From Balanoglossus misakiensis (lineage: Eukaryota > Animalia > Hemichordata): a stretch of 64,000 nucleotides of DNA. Below the pieces are notes generated by a model. It saw nothing but the letters and a program-made list of their open reading frames with translations. It was not told the DNA's origin and ran no database searches. Where the stretch lies: contig CM082585.2 in assembly GCA_040954595.2 (NCBI GenBank), positions 12,266,341 through 12,330,340 of the forward strand, given 5' to 3'. Of this stretch, positions 12,912 to 29,060 are shown in pieces (position 1 is the stretch's first letter; each line of letters starts with the position of its first letter). The position numbers and the translations under genes are program-made.

Positions 12912-15108
12912 CGACCATCCATATACATGTACTACTAACTTGAGTTGCCAATAACATCTTGATTCTTGTTTGTCCCATTGTTTTGATAATTTTAGCTGTC
13001 AATGTACAACACACCCATTCATGCATGGAAAATCCCAGACATTCCTAGCGAGTTTGAACTACATGTGAAACGGGATGATTTGACCGGAAGTACATTATCT
13101 GGAAATAAGGTATGGTCCCTAGAATTATCAAAAAGATAAAAAACTACATTTTGCAATAATTCATTCACTTTATTTTTGTGTTTTAAGGTAATGATCCTTG
13201 AATACTAAGATATAACACAAGATTTAGTTTCAGCAATTTTAACTTGCAATTTTAGGTGCGTAAATTGGAATTTCTCTTAGCGGATGCAGTTAGTCAGCAA
13301 TGTACATGTGTCATCACAGCCGGAGGAATTCAGTCCAACTTTGCTCGATCTACAGCAGTGGCAGCACGACAACTGGGCATGGATTCACATTTACTGCTCA
13401 GATCTGAATCTTCAGGTGAGTCACATTTATATTTATTACTTTTACAAAATATTGCCAAATGTGCTTTTAGTGTGCACAACTCTTTGAAGCCAAGTAAACT
13501 CAGATGCATTGAGTAAATTTCATCCATTGCCATTATCATTATTTCCAGGAGCCAGATTCTATTGGTTGCCAGGGTAACCTACTTCTAGATCGCCTTGTTG
13601 GATCATATATTTATTTGATTCCAAAAAGAGCTCAATATGAAGCTGACATCAAAGGAAAAATGGAAAAACTGGCTGATAAAATAAAGTAAGAATTTAGCTA
13701 TTTATTTCACTGCATTGTACTAACATGAACTCAGTGGAAACTGTTGGGCATTGGTGATAGACATGGTCTCACAGAGCTTATTTTTAATTGTTTTTACCCA
13801 TTTCTGTTTTCAGCAATGATGGCGGGAAGGCATACTGTATTCCTATTGGTGGATCTAATGAGATTGGTTTGTTTGGATACCTGGAAGGTTTTAATGAACT
13901 TGTACAACAGGTACACAAAATAGAGTCTATTTTGTGCATTCATTTTATGAAGATTTTCTTGCTTGGTTTGAACACTAGATAATTACCACACTGACTTTCT
14001 ACACCAATCAGATAACAACCCCCCAACCCTAAACAAAGTTTGGAAATGTGACATGTGACAAAGAATGCTTTGAACTTGGACATCCTGGCATCCTTATGGG
14101 CTTACAAGGAAACATTCATTCTAACAGTCAAACCTATTTTTTTCACAGAATGTGTTGGAAGATTATGACGATCTTGTTTTCACAATTGGCAGCGGAGGCA
14201 CATCTGCCGGACTTGCCATTGGAAATTATCTGACCGGAAGCAAATTGAAGTAAGTATTCCTACTCTCTATAGCATGTGTTAATTTGGACATATATTTTCA
14301 TGTGTTTAGCCGAATTCATACTCCGATTTTTCCCAACCATTCCAGGTGCCATGCCATAGCCGTATGCGATGGTGCCGCGTACTTCCATGCTGAAATCAAC
14401 AAAACACTCCGTCAGATTGGTCTGGGATCAGAGACAAAATCAGAAGATATTGTGGAAATTCTGGAAGGTGCTAAAGGGAAAGGATATGGGGTGTCAACAG
14501 AAGAAGAATTAGGTTTGACAAGATGAATTTTGATTTACAATTTGAACCTTGGCTTCTATTTCCATGTTTGGATTTTGTTTCATGGTACGTGTGTCCAACA
14601 TAGTCAAGTACATGTAGTGGTCATATTTTGACAATTTAAGTATAATAGTGTTTGATTGGAGTCATAACTTGTGAGTCAGATTTGATTTTCATCTTTTTGG
14701 CAGAATTTATAATGAAGGTTGCAACAAATACTGGAATAATGATAGATCCTGTGTATACCGGAAAAGCTGTGAAGTATTTAGTGGAGCAAATGAATAACAA
14801 ACCATCAATGTTCAAAGGAAGAAGGGTGTTATTTCTTCATACAGGTACTCACATTAATTTTATAATAACTGCATTGTAGTATTCACTGTAACTTGACCTA
14901 AGACATTTTGTAACCCACTGACCACTGTACTAACAATTCCAGTGAGTGTTTTATTTAAAATTCAAAAACCCCTTTTCTTGTTCTTCATACAGGGGGTTTG
15001 TTTGGTTTATTTGATGGACGCGTTGATCATCTTTTAAAACAGCCTGGAACTGTTGGCAACAGAATCCACAACTGGGTGGATCCCAACTCTCCAGTTCCTG
15101 ATGTGTGA
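12623..15108 (+). CDS. D-cysteine desulfhydrase (DcyD)/ACC deaminase family PLP enzyme, paralog 1, with putative mitochondrial presequence
   Basis: Exons 12623 (alternative ATGs 12602, 12758)-12835, 12996-13109, 13256-13415, 13549 or 13556-13685, 13814-13910, 14149-14249, 14346-14512, 14704-14844, 14993-15108. Motifs: [19 protein letters not shown]|VRKLEFLL (PLP lysine), GGIQSN, IPIGGS, GSGGT, DPVYTGK, FLHTGG. One junction has a phase ambiguity (see findings). AATAAA near 15366. Confidence 0.9.
12866..12910. repeat. (ATC)n microsatellite in intron 1 of desulfhydrase paralog 1
   Basis: Directly visible. Confidence 0.9.
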
Positions 15109-15676
15109 TTTACACGCTGTGCTTCCAAGTGACTTCCTATGAATCTGAAACTGGCTCATTTTGAGAAACTTTCATTTCAGAATTCAAAACAGGAATTGTG
15201 AATCAGACTAAAAATGTTTTACTTTGTTTTATACAACTCACAAACTCTGGTGCCCATTTTGTGTAACTCTAAATTTCTGGAAGACTGCAAAAATGCCAGA
15301 GACAATCAGCTTCAGATGCTTGATGTATGTTTAATTATGTAATGGATAGTACACTGAGGAATAACAATAAATTTCAACTTTATTTTAACCAATATCATCA
15401 TCAGCAGCAGCATGATCCGCAAATACGTCGCACTTTAAAAAATCGTAGAAACCGGTGTCAGTAGGATCAGAACACTTCTTTTCAGAGCGGCCAATCTCCA
15501 CCGCATGAGGGCGCTATGACACGTCATCATTATATGTCGTCACTATTGTACATTGTTCTCCACACGTGTGTATGATATGTACCGTTGTAACTGGATTACC
15601 AGAGCCTGTCATGGCACAAATACCGATAAAAGAAAAAGAGTATCAGGATGTTAGAAACATTTAGAAATCCTACAAG

Positions 15677-16357
15677 ATGGGAAGTCGACGAATACGGAGT
15701 AATTGGTACAGGAGTTATGAGATGGCTCGCCAACATCAGTTGGCCTGCCACGACGCTGTGCGTCGATTACGAGAATCTATTTTATGTCAAACACAACTGC
15801 AACTTTCGCAGACGTCAGATAGACTGAGAAAGGAAAGATTGGCTGGAAGATTTACTGTCGGTGGGCACAGATCGGCGACAATTACAACATGCGGGCATAA
15901 CGGATTTCCTTTACGATATTCAAACCGAATGACCGAATACAGAAAGTCGCGGCTGAAGTTGCCGAAAGGCGGTAACGAGAACGACAAGGATTCCGACATC
16001 AGGCAAAAGCGACAGGCTGAGTTGGAGGAAGAAATTCAAAAACGAGTGAATGAAATGCTTCTTGAAGATGAATCTGACTGTTACCATGGAAACAAAAATC
16101 AGCACAACACCATCAACTTGACGCTTCCTCAGATGACGTCACTGTTTACGGCCAACCGAATTGCAAATGTCGGACTGGAAACAGAAGACCAATATGTCAG
16201 AAGACAGTCTTCCACAAGCATCCCACCGAAAAGAGCAGCTCAGAGTCGACACGTCGATTCAGATGGTGTTTTTCCGCGCAAAACCTGTTCTAGTTCGGAA
16301 TGCAGTGCTAGTGACATTAGCAGCAGCGATAGTGAATTTTCAATATCGTTAGATTAA
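15677..16357 (+). CDS. Uncharacterised single-exon 226-aa protein (helical/coiled-coil N-half, Ser-rich disordered C-terminus)
   Basis: Longest uninterrupted ORF in the window, strong start context (acaagATGG), located between the 3' end of paralog 1 and the start of paralog 2. No family recognised. Confidence 0.55.
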   Translation: MGSRRIRSNWYRSYEMARQHQLACHDAVRRLRESILCQTQLQLSQTSDRLRKERLAGRFTVGGHRSATITTCGHNGFPLRYSNRMTEYRKSRLKLPKGGNENDKDSDIRQKRQAELEEEIQKRVNEMLLEDESDCYHGNKNQHNTINLTLPQMTSLFTANRIANVGLETEDQYVRRQSSTSIPPKRAAQSRHVDSDGVFPRKTCSSSECSASDISSSDSEFSISLD

Positions 16358-16901
16358 CGAAAAAATGGTCAGATTTATTTTAGTCTGCACAAAATTAGTT
16401 TCATCCGCAAATCTATTTGAATTGCAGATATTAAACACATGCATTTTTTATTTTAAAAATACATTGTCGTTTTCTTTCTTTCCAAAACGGTAAAAATTCG
16501 CCCAAAATACAATATTGCAGATTGTGGCACAACATGTGATAGTTTCTGAGAAGTCAATTTGTTGGCAGAGGAACAACAACGGACAGGCAGCCTTTCTGAT
16601 AATCTCTGTGTCATGTCGCGGACAGCAAAGCTAAAAGGCTAGTTACAGCTCACGGTAGTATTGTGGTCTGCAGTAAAGTACGAGCAAGGGCGAGATACCC
16701 TTGAAAATAGGATGGGATGCCCTCAGCGCGCTTCAATTTCCATACATTGTAGAAATGTGAGTGAGCTAAAGGGTCTTGGACTCGCAAAAACGTGGCGTGG
16801 TGGAAAGTTCCGCGTGACCCCACACGTCAGAGTACACGCCGCGTATCTTTACACTGCATCAGCTAACCCGTCGTAACGTGCGTCATTCCTATCTCCCCCA
16901 G

Positions 16902-19900
16902 ATGTCAGAGCAGCCCGAGAAAAGAGCTAAAATGGACAGACTCGAAACAGCTAAGAGTTATCTTGAAGAATGGGACATGCCAGAATTCGCGAAAAAGATG
17001 AAAAATGTCCCCAAGCACCGAGTGCGGGTAAGACGATCGTCTCGTGCATTGTTTTTGCAACTGTAGCTCTGTATTATTCGCCGGTAAACCGAAAAAGCCG
17101 GGTAGCTGGTAGAATGCCCGTGTCATGCCACGTTTTGCTAAGCGGTTTGGTTAGCTGCTTCCAACATGCGGCTTTGCAGACGAGTGTTTTTCTTCAAGTT
17201 GATCGTCCATAACTTGACAAGCAAACACCTTTCAAAAACGTGGACCTGTCCATTGTTTTCTTGTGAATCTATTATGCGCGAAGAAGTTAAAAGCCTGCGA
17301 AAGCGCTTGTTGGGTTTCGTAAGCCATGTTCATTTTGATACACTCCGCGTCAGTTGCCAAAAGTGTCCATTTCTGGTCTTGTAAGTTTCATTGGTTACAC
17401 AAAATTGCACGTTTTTTTTCTCCGCATATCTTTCACGCGATTTGCAATGGCACGCACGCATGCATGTCATACAAGCGCAGCTAAACACTGGCTGCATATA
17501 TTCACCGGTCGCATGTGACGGGAATTTTCCACATAATAAATGAGAGCGTGTTTCAACAGAAGCGCACGCTGGTTCGCGTCCTAGATAACTCTACAGTTCC
17601 GCTTGCAGTATGGGAAAGACTCATTTTGACTGATATACAGTCAATTTTGAGCAGATTATTATCCAAAAAGAAGTTATTCGCATAGTTTTTCCAAGGCAAT
17701 TCGTGACACTGACATTGTGTGTAAAGACTGCGTGAAATGCAAAAGTATAGTTTAGCATACTAATCCTAGACCCTTAGGATTGTGAAGGCCAAGGATTGCC
17801 TATTGTCTGCTATATATTTTCATTGCCCTTTGGGTGCATTAAAAGGCCATGGCCATTGCTTCCACAAGTCGCAAACCTTTGAATTACTTCTATGTCAGTG
17901 TATGTGGGACATCACACCCCAGCTGTAAGAAACCCAAGTTCTTAGCTTATGCTGATTGGATGCTAAGAATAGTTCGAATGTTCCGCCCCCAGATTCTGAG
18001 CTCCCATTGGCTTAAGACCGGTCAGGTTATTTGCATAACAATTGAAAAATGGAACTTTGAACTTTCTGAGCTCATGCTACCAAGATTATAATAGTTTATG
18101 CATGAATAATAAGTTCCATTGATGTATTTGACCCACTTTAATGTAAAATGAGTTAGGGGAGGTACCGACATGCCTTAGTAACTATCATTTCAACATCTAT
18201 AAAGTTTTAATCAAATGATTTGTAGTGATTCTAAAATGTGGACTTTGGAAGTCAATAGAATGTGGGTAAAGATGTCATTCTTTTCTGGTGCGAGTTAAAA
18301 AGTTCTGATGGGCAGGTTCCTGTTTTAATGAACATACTCTAAGAGACTAGTAATGGTTGATCTGTGAATTAAAACTCATTATTGTTCACCTGGGAATTAA
18401 TATCCGCAATATGATAGATCATATCAACAGCCATATGTACACATCAAAAATCTGACAATAAATCCAGTCAGTTTTCCTCCTGATAACTTTCTCTTTTTCT
18501 CCCCACAAATTTTAAGTTTGTCACTTTTTTCTTCTCATTGCAGTTGGCCAACATGAACACCCCCATCCATCGTTGGAATATTCCAGGCGTACCAGATGAT
18601 TTTGAATTGTATGTGAAAAGAGATGACATGACAGGCAGTACACTTACAGGCAACAAAGTGAGTTAATGACAGTTATCTCTAACTTTGGGTGTGTATGGTT
18701 GCCATATTTGATTTGCAAGTCAGAAATTATTTTATTTGTGGACAGATGAAAAAATAAGACTCTTTAATTGACCCATGACTACCTTATTGATTACTTTGAT
18801 TAAATATGTCATGTTTTCCTTTTTCCTCATTTAGATCAGGAATTTAGAGTTCCTGTTGGGTGATGCCGTTGTAAATGATTATGATTCAGTCGTCACATGT
18901 GGTGCATTTACATCAAATCATTGCAGAACGACAGCAGTAGCTTCCGCCCAGCTCGGTTTGGATGCACACATTCTTATACGTGTAAGTTTTTCAAACTTGG
19001 TAGAAATAATCTTTTATCCAGGACAATATATTCTGATTTGCTTACATAATACAACATTGCCAGAGATTACAAACGTTATCAAATCAAATACATATGGTAG
19101 CTTGCAGCTTAAGCATAATTTATCTGATATACATTGGAGGGACTGTGTGGTCAATGAAGGTCCCGTTCTTTGTTTGCCATTCATTCTATGTTCACGCCAA
19201 TTCCTTTCATTTCTTTCTGCAGGGCGGTGGTGAAAAAATTCCAATGCGTGGTAATTTGATGTTGAGTCGCTTCAGTGGTGCCTCGTTATACAGGGTACCA
19301 GATACAGTCACAGACACTGGGTTCTACGACAGAATGGTTCAACTCTCTCAAAAGGCCAAGTAAGTAAACAAAAGAACATTATTCATTTATTTTACTTCAC
19401 TTGGAGATGTCATGTTTTTTCTCTATTGTATTCAAATGAATCTTTGTTGGAGCACATCCACAAATCTCTACCTTTTCATACGTAGCTGTATTCACATCAC
19501 AATTTTTTTCCTCAGGGAAACCACCGGCAAAGGCATCTATGTAATTCCCATTGGCGGTTCCAGTTATCCAGGACTGTTTGGATACATCAACTGCTGGGGT
19601 GAAATGATGAACCAGGTATAGTACGTTTGTCAAGTTGAAACCTATTCATCTATTTTTTTCAGACACATTGAAAGGGGCTTATCCAATAATTGTAAATTTT
19701 TCTTCTCCTACAGGGCATTCTAGACAGATTTACAGACATTGTTGTAACTTGTGGTACAGCTGTGACAACTGGCGCATTGGCGATTGCAAACTACCTTACT
19801 GGTTCAAAATTGAGGTAAGAAAATTCAAATTCAGTAAACCAAAAATCAAAATTTGGTGTCTTTACCAATGTCTTTGATATAGATAACATTCCCTTCACTG

Positions 19901-20452
19901 GTTTCTTTCATTTATTTTCATCAACAGGGTTCATTCCTTCAGTATCAAACGCCCAATGGATTTCATCTATGGCTACGTACAAGAGAGTATTGATCTTGCC
20001 GGTTTGGACATCAAGGCAGAAGACATCGTCTCAGCCTGTGTTGACTATATCGGTGAAGGTTATGGCAAAAATACAGAAGTGGAACTTGATTTCATCCGCA
20101 ACACAGCTGACACCACTGGTATCTTCCTTGATCCAGTCTATACCGGCAAAGCTTCCAGAGGCATGGTTGAAGAAATGAAGAAGAACCCAAGCCGCTTCAA
20201 GGGCAAGAAAGTACTTTTCCTTCACACAGGTTAGTTCTGCTCCTGAATTTCTGTCTTATGTGCTTGTCCAACTTCTTTGCACAAGTTTAAATATCTGTTC
20301 TTTTGATTTTCTTTGTAGGTGGCATTTTCTCAATCTACACAGATCAACGTTTCGATGGAGTCATGACCAAAGCTGGCTCGGCTGCCGATAAAGTGATGTA
20401 CTGGTCAGATGGTGACCCGCCAATGACAACTATAGCAAATCACGAACAATAG
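16902..20452 (+). CDS. D-cysteine desulfhydrase (DcyD)/ACC deaminase family PLP enzyme, paralog 2 (divergent)
   Basis: Exons 16902-17027, 18544-18657, 18835-18981, 19223-19359, 19516-19615, 19714-19814, 19928-20229, 20319-20452, all phase-compatible. Motifs: VKRDDMTGSTLTGNK|IRNLEFLL, GAFTSNHCR, IPIGGS, DPVYTGK, FLHTGG. The ATG directly follows a pyrimidine-rich acceptor (ctcccccag), so an upstream exon ending at 16756 (aat|gtgagt) is likely. Confidence 0.9.
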
Positions 20453-21974
20453 ACAGTTGGAACGAACAAAGTTTGTCAAAAAATTCCCAAATTTTGTGAT
20501 TAAAATGCAAAAGTAGCAATGCGTAAAAGGAGCTAAAATCAGAAGTAACTAAAGAACCTTCCAAGACATGCAATAGCTGTGCTGCGCTTTTTTTACATCG
20601 ATGTACGGAAATTATGATCATGAAGAAATTCAAGGACTATTGTACAAAACTGTTTCTGGGTAAAATCAATGACAAGTTGTATATTTTTCTGGAAAGGTGG
20701 ACATTTTAAACCTTTTTGCTGATAAAGAATGCAATCAACTTTGTTTCAAATAGCTTGGTTGGGTTCATTTACAAGGAAGTTTGAATAAAATCAAGTGGTC
20801 TGAAAGTGCATTTTCAAGTTTTCTTTAATGGTTTGGGCAATAAAAGCATTGTTTTATTCAGAAGTCTCAATATGAACGTTGAAAGTTTCATAATTCAAAG
20901 TACATTCACTGTCTTAAAGTACGGTAGAAATGTTTTTTTCTGCGTCCATTCAAAATTCAACTGCCAAGTTAGCCTCGGATTCAGATGCCATTATGTATTA
21001 CTTTGTATTCTGTGTGCAGAATAGTTAATGCAAAGCTTTACCACATCAAGTTGCCAGATAGAGATTGCTCTGTAGTATTCAAACAACCAGTATGGTGTGA
21101 AATAGTTTTATCCCGCTTCAAATATGTACTAGTATGTATATAAATGTAAGCAGTTTTATCAAACTATTTACTCATCTTGCAAGATTTCTTTCAGTTTATC
21201 ATAACAAAAACAGTTCATAAACCTTTTATATCAGCTTAAGTTTTGCATGTCTACAGAATTTTCCTTTGAAAAAGCACTTGTGCTTATTTTGTCCTTGTAT
21301 TTTCGAATATGACAACATTGCAACTGTCCAATGTATAAAATTTATCTTCACCAGGCTATCTCACTATGACCTTCAGTTTTTGGCGTACAGCTAGCTGGGT
21401 GTAGCATTCCTTCAAATCTATAGACATTTCTTTTCTTACAAATAAAGTCATACATTCAAGTATTTGATTTGTGTTTTTTTTTTAGATCCCACTTGTCTTT
21501 ATGTCACGACCATTGGGGAAGGAGTACATTGAGAAGATTACGTGTACTTTTTCATCAGTCTTAGAACTTTTGGAGACAAGTGCGCCACCTACGTTGGAAC
21601 CATAAAAACACAAAACTTTCTTTTAAATACACTTATGAGAATCATCACATAAATTATGTGCAAAAATAAACCATATTTCCATACAATGGTCTTTGCAATC
21701 ACGAAAAGGAAGAGTTGTGGAAAAGCGTGCACATTTTAATATTTTTTAAAAATTCAGTGAAGGAAATTTTGTTATGCAGATGGTGTCCTGGTCATGGATG
21801 GATGAAAGTTTTTGCTTCCCACTTTCATACCAGTGATGACGTATTATTACTTTTAAAAGCTGCCATTTAATATCTTGACTATTATATCCCACTCATGCAC
21901 GTACTACTGATAATTTTTAAAATGCAAATATTGGCTGCATATCTAATTAACATGCAATATAACAACAAAGTCAC

Positions 21975-22034
21975 TTCACTTCCTGGTCTGGGATATGGGC
22001 ATGCGCATTTTGAGCAGATTGTAAATTGTTCAAG

Positions 22035-22042
<8 letters not shown>
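21975..22042 (+). promoter_or_regulatory. Housekeeping-type promoter of AMMECR1 (ETS-, NRF1- and YY1-like motifs)
   Basis: CACTTCCTGG (ETS-like), GGCATGCGCAT (NRF1-like) and CAAGATGGCGGC (YY1 consensus, overlapping the ATG at 22035). Confidence 0.5.
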
Positions 22043-26939
<4,897 letters not shown>

Positions 26940-28967
26940 TGACACTAACAGCCACATAGAGATCATGCTCTCTTCATTTGGGTTGATACTAAGTTATGTG
27001 TTTAGTCTTTATGTAAGGATTTACAGGTCTGTGTGTAACCCCATCCAAGATGTACAGGGACTCTGGTCCTAATACGATACCTAGAGAGCTTGCAGGACAA
27101 ATATGAGGCATTGTACTGTAATACACACTTTTCATAATTCTAGCGCCCTCACACAGCCATCATGAATTGGAACTCAAAGCGAGGCTAATCGGTAAAGCCA
27201 TTGATGTCCATCCAAAAGATTGTCCCCGCAGACAAAGTCTTGAAGGGACTAATAACTATATCACTGACATTTGTTCAGTTGTGTGTGGTAGATCATGAGT
27301 GTTCGACTGTGGAAAACCTTGCAAGCTCTCTAAGCATCTATAGTTTGATGTACCGGGGTACAAATATTCAACTTTGAAAGACAAATGTCCCGTACATTCA
27401 TTTCTTGTTATGATCTGTTGTTTTCCCAAAGGGGCCTACCAACCCTACTTATCCACCACTCATGGTGTGATCCAGCCACTTTGAATGGATGGTTTATCCC
27501 ATTTGTGGCTTGTGGGTAAGGTAGACGGAAGAGTATTCACTGTCTGCAGCATCTCATAGATTCATGTTCATTGCGAGGTTTAAACACCCTTTGCTCCATG
27601 TATGCTAGACCTAGATTTATAATTATAATATGGTTTGAATGATTTGTTTCTGTGGTTCCGAATTTCCAGAAATCAAAGAGCATACATTGATCAAAGGGTC
27701 AAGGGTTAGTGATAAAAACAGATACCCAGACTCGGATGTGAATCTTCAATTTCAATCAGGGATATTGCTGTGCCAAAAATAACTCCATTCCATTCTATGC
27801 CCAAATCATGTCATTTGCTTTCTAAGTAAAAACTGTATGAAAGTTGGTGTTCAATTGGCTGGAAATTTCTATCAATGGCCAGGTTGGTTTAAAACTGAAT
27901 CTTTCCTGTGGAATCTACAACAACTAGTATTGCCCCAACCCTTTTTTCGCAACCCTATAATCTTACATCTTAACATCAGGTGTTGTTATTAATAGTTAGT
28001 CCATTATTCAATGAAATTTACTAGGTTTAGATGCATGAAACGCACAAAACATGCTTCATAAATACATTGCGTAGGTCTTATTGTAGGTGATATTGTTTTG
28101 TGAAGAAAATGACTGTTATGTCATTTTTCCAGGCAGTCTAAAATTGGAGTGTATACAAAAAGGAAAGAAACAAGACCTGCATTGTAGCTAAAATACTACA
28201 AAAATCACTAGAGCCAGCACTGACGATTTTGAATAGTGAAGTAGAATGAGTCAATAATTTGCCTGCATGTGATTTTTTGAGAGACGCACAAAATGTGATT
28301 ATAATGTCAAGCAACTGTTGTAGTGTAGTTGATATTATGTTTAAAAATTCTTTGTGTGGCAGGGATTTCTTCAGGTTATCTTAAGTGTAACACGTGATGT
28401 AGAATGTAAGAATTATAAATTTGAGAGAACACTGTTTTGGAGTTCATGACTACGGTCAGATCCTGTTCTGTCTGTTGTCTCTCAGGTTTTCTTTGGACAA
28501 GATCTCGATTGTTTGGTATTCATGAGAACCATCACTGATTGTACTGCTACAAAATTATGAATATTCGCATGACATCACTAATTATGTGTTTATAGAATTC
28601 TGAATACTTGTGAGGACCACCAATTATGTAGACGTGGATCTATGGTCGAGTGAAAGATTCAGTTGTGTGTGGACTTCACAAAGTACTGCAGTGCCCTCCT
28701 ACATCCTGGCTGAATCTTTCAGTCGACGTATTATGGATATTGATGAGGATCGTCACAAATTGTGTAGCTATTGAATTATGAATATTCATGAGTTTTCTGA
28801 TGTTCCAATTTGCTCGTTTATGTTAAATTATGCAGATTTGTAATTTGTCATGGCTGTTTAATGGTAGCTTGAGTAATTTACACATTGTTCTCATTGAAAA
28901 TTGATATTTGAATTGCACAAATTTATTATGACAGGAAGTGTGATGTGACTTGGTTGAATATTTCTGA

Positions 28968-29060
28968 TTAACCCTTTCACCCCCAGTTCCCTCTTTAGAG
29001 GTCCAGCCTTACCATAGAAAACAATGGGATTGGACTGAACCATGGTGGTGAAAGGGTTAA
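28968..29060. mobile_element. piggyBac-type MITE (85 bp, TTAA target-site duplication)
   Basis: TTAA-CCCTTTCACC...GGTGAAAGGG-TTAA with a perfect 10-bp TIR; several related copies in the window. Confidence 0.75.

Noticed and set aside
12778-13026. Poly-Met / poly-Ile ORFs
   Set aside because: Artefacts of translating the intronic (ATC)n microsatellite.
14833-14992. 12-nt direct repeat TTCTTCATACAG at both ends of the last intron of paralog 1
   Set aside because: The intron position is shared with paralog 2, so it is old; the repeat is probably chance similarity between a pyrimidine tract and the exon end.
12623-20452. True ACC deaminase, bacterial contamination or recent HGT
   Set aside because: The diagnostic residues are Thr/Thr rather than Glu/Leu, and both genes have 7-8 spliceosomal introns among animal genes.
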